From an uncultured bacterium (GTDB taxonomy: Bacteria > Patescibacteriota > Minisyncoccia > Phycocordibacterales > PALSA-1337), in contig CAIMDG010000002.1 in NCBI GenBank assembly GCA_903839725.1, positions 241,117 to 305,116 of the forward strand: a stretch of DNA of 64,000 nucleotides, in the 5' to 3' direction. The position numbers and the translations under genes are program-made. Under the pieces are notes generated by a model. That model had not been told where the DNA came from. It saw only the letters and a list, made by a program, of their open reading frames with translations, and did not search any database. Positions 36,885-43,816 of the stretch are shown here, one piece after another (position 1 is the first letter of the stretch; every line of letters starts with the position of its first letter).

Positions 36885-37762
36885 TATTTTTTTACTGTAA
36901 TCCCACGTCGTTCGAGAGTTGCACTGACCCAAGGATTCACTGAAAGAACTTTCTCTATAAATTCAGGCGTGAAGTGTCTTCTGTCTAGCGTGTCTAGGAG
37001 TTGATGACTTTTTTTAATAGCTTTAACTAACAAATCTTGATTTTTGAATATCATACCCCCTTCAGCTGAACTTTCTCCATCTATGAACGGTGTCGCGATG
37101 AGGGCTTTGAGTAGAAAGTCTTCATTTGCCAACAATTCCGGGGATAGAAATCTGACATATGATTCCCTTATCTTTATGAGAGCAAGGCCAAAATCTATAT
37201 TTGTATTGAGTTCAGGAAGTGTTGCTATGCCGCGTATGTCTAAGCCATATAGCTTTTTGAAAGTAGCAAGACCATACCCGCCGTAATTATTTGTAAACTC
37301 ATTGATCAAACGAATGGCTGCTTCTGGATTTTTCTTGAGTATAGATATGAGACATTCTGGAGAACCTCCGGGGAGGAGCTCGTATATCTCGAGAATACTT
37401 CGGGGACTTTTGTTGATAACACCTTCAAATAAGTCTGCGTCGGCAATTACTTCACTTTTCTTTTTTTCAGATAAGTATTTGAAACAGTAGAAATTATATG
37501 AGAGTGCGTCTTTGATAAATTCCTTATTTAGCAACAAACTATCATCAGCATCCTGAATAAGAGAGGGGTGAAGTCCTATTACCCGTGCCATAAATTCAGG
37601 GTCTTTATTCAGACCACTTCTTCGAACTGCACCAGCTTGCTGTATAGTTGCAAGTTTTTTGATACGTTCAAATTCCTCGTCACGAAGTTCATTCCAGGCT
37701 GTTTTTTCGGCTTCTGATGACTGATCGATTTTCCCTACAACAGCTTTGAAGGCATCTTCCAT
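36884..37762 (-). CDS. Hypothetical protein
   Basis: 292-aa ORF between yebC and ruvC, same strand. Confidence 0.45.
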   Translation of the reverse strand: MEDAFKAVVGKIDQSSEAEKTAWNELRDEEFERIKKLATIQQAGAVRRSGLNKDPEFMARVIGLHPSLIQDADDSLLLNKEFIKDALSYNFYCFKYLSEKKKSEVIADADLFEGVINKSPRSILEIYELLPGGSPECLISILKKNPEAAIRLINEFTNNYGGYGLATFKKLYGLDIRGIATLPELNTNIDFGLALIKIRESYVRFLSPELLANEDFLLKALIATPFIDGESSAEGGMIFKNQDLLVKAIKKSHQLLDTLDRRHFTPEFIEKVLSVNPWVSATLERRGITVKK

Positions 37763-37774
37763 ATATTTTGGGAA

Positions 37775-38305
37775 TTACTCCGCATTCGTATATACATTTT
37801 GAACCTCATCATTTTCTTCAAGTTCTTCAACGAGTTTGGTGAGCACTTCGATGTCCGCATCCTCGAGTGGCATAGTAGATGTTGCTTCCCAGACATTATT
37901 CTTCTTATGAAAGGCCCATGAAGCACTACCAGGGGAGGCGAGTTCGAAACCATTCTTGCTCAGGATGTGTTTCACTTCTTGAGCAGCCTTGTTTCTGTTA
38001 TCGGTAAGAGCATCGATAAGAATAGCTACACCGCCAGGACCATAACTCTCATACACGATTGATTCCATGTCTGCAGAATTGTCAGTTGTTGCTTTCTTGA
38101 CCGCACGATCGATAGTATCGTTAGGCATATTTTCTGCACGAGCCTTTTCGATAGCTGCTGCAAGACCTGGTGAAGAGAGAACACCTTTTGCTTTCTTTGC
38201 TTCAACGGTAATGAGGCGAACGAGCTTACCAAAATTTTTACTCTTCTGAGCATCATTCTTGGCTTTGATATGCTTTATTTTTGAATATTTGTTATGGCCT
38301 GACAT
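37775..38305 (-). CDS. yebC: YebC/PmpR-family DNA-binding transcriptional regulator
   Basis: MSGHNKYSKIKHIKAKNDAQKSKNFGKL is the YebC N-terminal consensus. Confidence 0.9.
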   Translation of the reverse strand: MSGHNKYSKIKHIKAKNDAQKSKNFGKLVRLITVEAKKAKGVLSSPGLAAAIEKARAENMPNDTIDRAVKKATTDNSADMESIVYESYGPGGVAILIDALTDNRNKAAQEVKHILSKNGFELASPGSASWAFHKKNNVWEATSTMPLEDADIEVLTKLVEELEENDEVQNVYTNAE

Positions 38306-38306
38306 A

Positions 38307-38780
38307 AGGATAGTTTACAGTGAAAAGTGCAAAATGCAAAGTTATGAAATGACTATTTATTTTTTAATGATTTTACGGTTGAACCGAGGATTTTTGATAT
38401 TTCCTGAGCTTCTTTCAATAGTAAAGTTGCAGATTCTTTACTTTTTGGCTCAGTATCTTTAAGGAGAGCAATCCAATACCTACTTTCATTCGAAGACTTA
38501 AGGGCATGATTAATAAAATGAGAAAAATCTTTTCTGGTAGAGCAAGCTTGGGCCTCTACAATATTTGCTCCAATACTGGTTGCACTACGGATTAACTGTT
38601 TTGAAATTACTTCAGTAACAAAATCTTTACTAGAGATAGATCTTATTAGTTTAATTACAGAGATAGAAAAACCGTATGTACGCTTTATTAAGGCTTCTTT
38701 ATATGTCTTATTATCCATACTTAAAACTATATCATTAACAACTTAAACTTTGCATTTTGCACTATAAACTTTTCACTATA
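38307..38780. mobile_element. Cassette of a four-helix-bundle (23S rRNA IVS) protein gene bounded by ~35-bp imperfect inverted repeats, inserted between ruvB and yebC
   Basis: Left inverted repeat at 38307-38343 (ggatagtttacagtgaaaagtgcaaaatgcaaagtt). The reverse complement of the right repeat at 38746-38780 is ...agtgaaaagtttatagtgcaaaatgcaaagtt. The right repeat overlaps the ruvB stop, and the left repeat abuts the yebC start. Confidence 0.55.
38353..38718 (-). CDS. Four-helix-bundle protein (23S rRNA intervening-sequence protein family, TIGR02436-like)
   Basis: 121 aa; the pattern SIGANIVEAQACSTRKDFSHFINHALKSSNESRYWIALL is typical of this family. Confidence 0.7.
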   Translation of the reverse strand: MDNKTYKEALIKRTYGFSISVIKLIRSISSKDFVTEVISKQLIRSATSIGANIVEAQACSTRKDFSHFINHALKSSNESRYWIALLKDTEPKSKESATLLLKEAQEISKILGSTVKSLKNK

Positions 38781-39786
38781 ATAATTTCCCCGACCCCTTC
38801 ACTCCAAGATGATTGTACGCTTTATCAGTTGCGATTCTTCCACGAGGTGTTCTTTCGAGAAGTCCGAGTTGGATCAAATATGGTTCATATACTTCCTCGA
38901 TTGTTGCTTGTTCTTCAGAGAGAGCAGCTGCGACCGTATTCAAGCCAACAGGCCCACCACCAAATTTATTAATGATGACATTGAGGATTTCGCGGTCAGC
39001 GCTAGTGAGACCGATCTTGTCGACACCGAGCATAGATAAAGCCTTCTCAACAACTTCCTTGGTGAGTGTTGTTTTGTTGATCTGAGCATAATCACGACAA
39101 CGTTTGAGATGATAGTTGGCAGTACGTGGCGTGAATCGGGAACGAATAGCAATTTCTTTCACTGCATCAGGGTGTATTTCTATGTCGAGAATCTTCGCAG
39201 ACCTCTTGATGATCTCTGCAATTTCGTTATCCGAATAAAATTCAAGCTTGAATACTCCTCCCGAGAATCGGGAACGAAGTGGTGCGGATATCATAGCTAC
39301 ACGAGTCGTTGCTGCTATCAATGTGAAAGCAGGAAGGTCAAGCTGAATCGTTCGTGCCGAAGGACCTTTGCCGATAATGATATCAAGCATGCCTGATTCC
39401 ATGGCAGGGTAGAGAACTTCCTCGATAGCTTTGTTGAGACGATGAATTTCATCGATGAATAGAATATCTCCTGCAGATAAGTTGGTGAGTATTGATGCAA
39501 GATCTCCGATTTTCAAAATCGCAGGTCCAGAAGTTACTTTCATCTGTGTACCCGTTTCTTTTGCGATGAGGTGGGCGAGTGTGGTTTTTCCGAGACCTGG
39601 AGGGCCATAGAAAAGGATGTGCTCAGGTGGATGATTGCGCTCTTTTGCTGCGGTGAGGAGAATATGGAGGTTGTCTTTGATGTTCTTTTGCCCAATGTAT
39701 TCAGCCCACTTCGCAGGACGTAGGGTTTGGTCCAAAAAACCAACGTCTTTCTCATCTATAGGGTTTTGTGGGGAAGTACTTGACAT
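38776..39786 (-). CDS. ruvB: Holliday junction branch-migration helicase RuvB
   Basis: Walker A FYGPPGLGKTTLA, AAA+ motifs, C-terminal winged helix. Confidence 0.9.
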   Translation of the reverse strand: MSSTSPQNPIDEKDVGFLDQTLRPAKWAEYIGQKNIKDNLHILLTAAKERNHPPEHILFYGPPGLGKTTLAHLIAKETGTQMKVTSGPAILKIGDLASILTNLSAGDILFIDEIHRLNKAIEEVLYPAMESGMLDIIIGKGPSARTIQLDLPAFTLIAATTRVAMISAPLRSRFSGGVFKLEFYSDNEIAEIIKRSAKILDIEIHPDAVKEIAIRSRFTPRTANYHLKRCRDYAQINKTTLTKEVVEKALSMLGVDKIGLTSADREILNVIINKFGGGPVGLNTVAAALSEEQATIEEVYEPYLIQLGLLERTPRGRIATDKAYNHLGVKGSGKLL

Positions 39787-39811
39787 TTATATTAGTGTAT
39801 GCTAAGGTGTT

Positions 39812-39897
39812 ACAGAAGAAGCAGGATTCACGATCCAAGATTCAAGAATAGTCGCAATACCATATTGTGTCTATTCTTGAATCTTGAATCCTACATC
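39812..39897. repeat. Long imperfect hairpin (gattcaagaatag / ctattcttgaatc core with extended arms, ~19-nt loop) in the ruvB upstream region
   Basis: Hand-paired; it sits within a 425-nt noncoding stretch (39790-40216). Confidence 0.4.
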
Positions 39898-40216
39898 ATG
39901 TTTTTTAATGCGCTCCTTTCGAACGTATGAACCTCTAAGCAATGGCCTTCCCAGGTTTGGGTGTAATGCTAAGGACATGTTGGTTGTTATGCTTGCATAA
40001 CGTACTGAAATTATCCTCGGGATTCCACCTCGCTTGACGCATCACGCGACAAGATATTGCTTAGAGATTCCTATGTTTGAATATACATCGCCGACAAGGC
40101 GGTTTATTCGTATATGAGGTGATACTTCTGGATATATCCTACTCTTGTCGCACTATAAAAATCAATTGACAGTGGGGATAAAATGGTTGGTAAGATGACG
40201 ATGGTAAACCTAGTTT

Positions 40217-40546
40217 CTATCGAAGATCTTTGACTCCCGATTTTTTGAAACTTTCACTCATACCACGTTGTGCTTGGATGAGCTCTTCATTGAGTTCACG
40301 AATACGCTGTTCGTTGGTACGTATTCTTGTATTCATTTCCATCATTTCTTTTTGATCTTTCATTCTTTTTCCAACGTCCGTGTGCATTTTTTGTTGCATC
40401 TCAGCCATTTCTGCGTCGATATTGTTTACTTCGACTTGTTTTTTTGCTAGAAATTCACGCTCAACTTGTAATTCATGGAGCTCTTTTTGTATTTCTTGTT
40501 TACTTTTCTGGATTGCTTCTGTGAAATTTTTATTGATTGGTTGCAT
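40217..40546 (-). CDS. Hypothetical coiled-coil protein
   Basis: 109 aa, heptad-rich, no TM helix; immediately downstream of pilB. Confidence 0.4.
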   Translation of the reverse strand: MQPINKNFTEAIQKSKQEIQKELHELQVEREFLAKKQVEVNNIDAEMAEMQQKMHTDVGKRMKDQKEMMEMNTRIRTNEQRIRELNEELIQAQRGMSESFKKSGVKDLR

Positions 40547-40557
40547 ATATGTATATG

Positions 40558-42231
40558 TTAATCATTAAGCGAGATAACACGTTCAAGTTCTTCGATCGAC
40601 GTACGACCATCGAGCACTTTAAGAATACCATCTTGTTTCATTGTAAGTAACCCTTGTCCTTTTGCTGCTGCCCAAATTTCACGTTCACTCGGACTCATTT
40701 CAACTGCATCCTCAACTTTCTCATCAGTAAGAATCGCCTCATAAACACCGACACGGCCTTTGTAGCCAGTTCCGTTACATGCATCACAACCTACAGCAGT
40801 CCACATCTTTCCTCGTTCTGCAGGAATGAGAGCCTTGTCTTCAATGGATTGGATAGTTGATTCTATTTCTTTTTGATTTTCTCCTTCAATGGAAATTTCT
40901 TTTTTACATACTTTACAGAGAGTGCGCACGAGACGTTGTGCCATCGCCACACGCAATGCAGACGTAATGATCTTTGGGTTGATACCGAGGTCGATCAAGC
41001 GGGGGAATGTACCTGCAGCATCATTGGTGTGTAGAGTAGAGAACACCAAGTGGCCAGTAAGGGCCGAGTTGATGGCTATATCAGCGGTTTCATTGTCACG
41101 GATTTCACCGATCATGATAACGTCAGGGTCTTGTCGAACCGCAGCACGGAGACCTTCGGCAAAGCTATATCCCTTCTCATTCACTTGAGTTTGTACGATA
41201 CCAGGAAGGTGGTATTCGATAGGGTCTTCGAGGGTAATGATCTTGATCTGTGGGTCACGGATTTTTTTCAAGAATGCATAGAGCGTCGTGGTTTTTCCTG
41301 AACCTGTTGGGCCAGTGGTGAGGAGCATGCCGTCAGGACGATTCATTTCTCTTTCGAGGATAGCAAGTAACTTTGGGTGAATACCCATGTCCTCGAGTTT
41401 TACGTCGATTGATTTTGGGTTGAGGAGACGCATAACGATAGATTCATTGTATGCACCAGGAAGTACGGATACACGGACTTCAATATCCCCGATGGGAAGA
41501 CGGATACTGAAACGTCCATCCTGAGAATCTTTTTTGATGTTCAATTTCATTCCTGAGAGCAGTTTGATACGTGACAACATCAGTGCATATGTTTCAGGAT
41601 CAAAACGGGTGACTTCCTGGAGCACACCATCGAGACGATATCTGAGTAATATGTACATTTCCTCTGGCTCAAGGTGCACGTCGGAAGCGTTGACAGCAAG
41701 TGCTCCTGCAAGAATCGTTTCGAGGATGCGGGATATGCGATAGCTCTTATTTGTTTTCAAGAGTTCTTCGATGGCTGTCACGATAGAAGGGAGGCTCTTT
41801 GCCTTATCGATGATTTCTGTTATTTCATCGCTTGATATTTCGAGTGATCCACCTTTACTTTCATATGCGAATGAAAGGTCTTTGTACATGAGCCATGCTT
41901 TTTCGAGACCTTGTGTAGAGGTGATATAGAGTTCGGGTTTGTATCCTTTTGCAACAATCTTATTGAGAACCTCTCCAACTTGAGGGTCTTGCGGATTTCG
42001 CGCAGCAATTTTGATCAGTTTGTCAGACAGTGCGTACGCTGCCATCTTTGTAGTACGAGCTGTTGTCTCGTCTATGAAACGAAGTGCATCAGTATTGATG
42101 GGAGTTCCAAGAAGGTTCACATACTCGATATTGTATTTTGCTGAGAGGATTTGTACGAGATCCTCTTCTTCTTTGTGCATAAGGTCGCCAAGTCTGCGAT
42201 TTTGCTTATCTTCGTCAAAATGGATAGTCAT
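40558..42231 (-). CDS. pilB: Type IV pilus assembly ATPase PilB (GspE family)
   Basis: Walker A LLTTGPTGSGKTTTL, Asp box, His box, tetracysteine CDACNGTGYKGR motif; 557 aa. Confidence 0.85.
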   Translation of the reverse strand: MTIHFDEDKQNRRLGDLMHKEEEDLVQILSAKYNIEYVNLLGTPINTDALRFIDETTARTTKMAAYALSDKLIKIAARNPQDPQVGEVLNKIVAKGYKPELYITSTQGLEKAWLMYKDLSFAYESKGGSLEISSDEITEIIDKAKSLPSIVTAIEELLKTNKSYRISRILETILAGALAVNASDVHLEPEEMYILLRYRLDGVLQEVTRFDPETYALMLSRIKLLSGMKLNIKKDSQDGRFSIRLPIGDIEVRVSVLPGAYNESIVMRLLNPKSIDVKLEDMGIHPKLLAILEREMNRPDGMLLTTGPTGSGKTTTLYAFLKKIRDPQIKIITLEDPIEYHLPGIVQTQVNEKGYSFAEGLRAAVRQDPDVIMIGEIRDNETADIAINSALTGHLVFSTLHTNDAAGTFPRLIDLGINPKIITSALRVAMAQRLVRTLCKVCKKEISIEGENQKEIESTIQSIEDKALIPAERGKMWTAVGCDACNGTGYKGRVGVYEAILTDEKVEDAVEMSPSEREIWAAAKGQGLLTMKQDGILKVLDGRTSIEELERVISLND

Positions 42232-42308
42232 ATGAGTACTAGTATATCAGCCCTATGAGCTCTCGTGAACGTCGAAAACAGGGTATAACAGAGCCCTTTT
42301 ATGGGTAT

Positions 42309-42343
42309 TGACAATGCCCCTCAATATGGTATAATAGTAACAA
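42309..42343 (+). promoter_or_regulatory. Near-consensus sigma70 promoter (TTGACA, N17, TATAAT)
   Basis: ttgacaatgcccctcaatatggtataat upstream of the lipoprotein gene. Confidence 0.5.
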
Positions 42344-42409
42344 ATCTCGGAGGTGGCCCTCTTGAGATACATTTCAACAAAAACGTCGGTTGTCGGTCTT
42401 TAAAAACTT

Positions 42410-43099
42410 ATGAAAACAAACAAGATTGGCCTGTTGGCCATGTCGGTAATGGTCGTCATGTTGGCGACCGGGTGTGCAGTAACCAAGAATAACATCACTC
42501 AAGATGCGTCTGGTTATCGGAACACGTCGTTCCAGATCGGGACTCCGACCATAGACACCCACACGCCGGGCATGCACTTCAAGAAACCGGTCATGATTCC
42601 GGTTCCTACGGGTGCCAAGCAGCCCAAGCAACTCTCCCAAGCCCAAGGTCAGCAAGACCAACAGGTGCAGGGGGCAGTGGTGGTTCCGGATGTGTCGAGC
42701 ATCTGCTCGACGTGCGACGTTCAAGTCGCATCGTCGGATTGGACGAGTTCCACTCCGAACAACCAACAGACCCAAGACTTGCAAGCCTCGGAACCCAAGC
42801 CTCAATACCTGATGGCTTGGGAGGAAGGAGCTTCGCAAGCCTCTCCCGGAAACGTCATCGTTCATGATGGCATCTGGGGAAATGGTTGGGTCACTGGTGG
42901 GACTTGGTTCGGCGGTAGTCGTTCCTCCGGTTGGTTCGGAGGTTCGCGCGGCCATAGTATTCACAACAGATCAGTTGTGAGCCGTGGGCACTACAGTAGT
43001 TGTCGTCCAACGGTCAGTCGCACTCGTTGTGTGACGCCAAGCCGCTCGACGTGCACAACGCCGGCGCGTAGTGGTCATTCAGGCCATTCAGGCCGCTAG
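42410..43099 (+). CDS. Lipoprotein (lipobox LATGC) with a G/S/R/T-rich low-complexity C-terminus; gene lies in a GC-rich islet
   Basis: Signal peptide plus a Cys lipobox. Local GC is visibly higher than the surroundings, and the antisense ORF 42374..42964 is a GC artefact. Confidence 0.45.
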   Translation: MKTNKIGLLAMSVMVVMLATGCAVTKNNITQDASGYRNTSFQIGTPTIDTHTPGMHFKKPVMIPVPTGAKQPKQLSQAQGQQDQQVQGAVVVPDVSSICSTCDVQVASSDWTSSTPNNQQTQDLQASEPKPQYLMAWEEGASQASPGNVIVHDGIWGNGWVTGGTWFGGSRSSGWFGGSRGHSIHNRSVVSRGHYSSCRPTVSRTRCVTPSRSTCTTPARSGHSGHSGR

Positions 43100-43177
43100 T
43101 AGTTCTTTTGCAATCGCGAGCCAGCCATCTTTCACAAGGTGGCTGTCTTTTTTTATACGGTGCGCTATGATTCGAGC

Positions 43178-43651
43178 ATGAAGATATTTACGTCACATTC
43201 TCTCGATGAAACACGCGACATTGCAAAGCAATGGTTAATCGATATTTCAAATATATATAATGATCCTGACGAAGCACTGGTAGTTGGTCTCTCAGGCCAC
43301 CTTGGTGCAGGTAAAACTGCTTTTGTAAAATGTATTGCGAGTGAGCTCGGAATTCAAGGTGAAATAACCAGTCCAACATTCGTACTCATGAAGATGTATG
43401 AAATTAAGTTAAAAGGAAAAGATCAAAAGGTAAAAGTAGACGTGCCATGGAAGCGTCTTGTGCACATTGATGCGTATAGACTTGAAAGGAGAGAGGAGCT
43501 CGATGCTTTGAATTGGGAACAGTTAGTAGCTGACAAGAATAATCTCATCCTTATAGAGTGGCCAGAACAGGTTGGTTTGAAGGATTTTGAGAAATCTGCA
43601 CATATTAAATTTGAAATAAAAGAGGGGGTGCATACTATTGCAGTTGCGTAG
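43178..43651 (+). CDS. tsaE: tRNA threonylcarbamoyladenosine biosynthesis protein TsaE
   Basis: P-loop GLSGHLGAGKTAFVK and the TSPTFVLMKMYE motif. Start placed at MKIFTSH; the ORF track starts at 43139. Confidence 0.75.
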   Translation: MKIFTSHSLDETRDIAKQWLIDISNIYNDPDEALVVGLSGHLGAGKTAFVKCIASELGIQGEITSPTFVLMKMYEIKLKGKDQKVKVDVPWKRLVHIDAYRLERREELDALNWEQLVADKNNLILIEWPEQVGLKDFEKSAHIKFEIKEGVHTIAVA

Positions 43652-43663
43652 TTTAAGCTTATC

Positions 43664-43786
43664 GTATCTCTAGACACACTGCCCGTCGAAACAATTCCCA
43701 GCGGGATATCGTCTTTTAATATTATACTTTAGGCACATATATTAGAACGTCACGGATGTTTCGACGGGCAGTGTGTCTAGAGATAC
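43664..43786 (+). repeat. Family-1 structured repeat, copy C: a 30-bp perfect inverted repeat (gtatctctagacacactgcccgtcgaaaca / tgtttcgacgggcagtgtgtctagagatac) enclosing a 63-nt core
   Basis: Core aACAATTCCCAGCGGGATATCGTCttttaatattatacTTTAGGCACatatattagaacgtcacggatgtttc; about 30 nt upstream of the polA start. Confidence 0.75.
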
Positions 43787-43816
43787 GTTACTTCAATACT
43801 GGTGTACAATATACCT

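Noticed and set aside
39790-40216. tmRNA, RNase P RNA, SRP RNA or 6S RNA in the long ruvB-upstream noncoding region
   Set aside because: None of the conserved motifs (RNase P P4 GGAAAGUCCGG / ACAGAACCCGGCUUA, tmRNA 3' tRNA-like end plus CCA, SRP domain IV GGAA tetraloop context) could be found on either strand. Left as an unassigned noncoding region.
42374-42964. 196-aa minus-strand ORF antisense to the lipoprotein gene
   Set aside because: Arises from the locally GC-rich composition (few stop codons); R/G/P-rich nonsense translation; the sense-strand gene has a promoter, signal peptide and lipobox.
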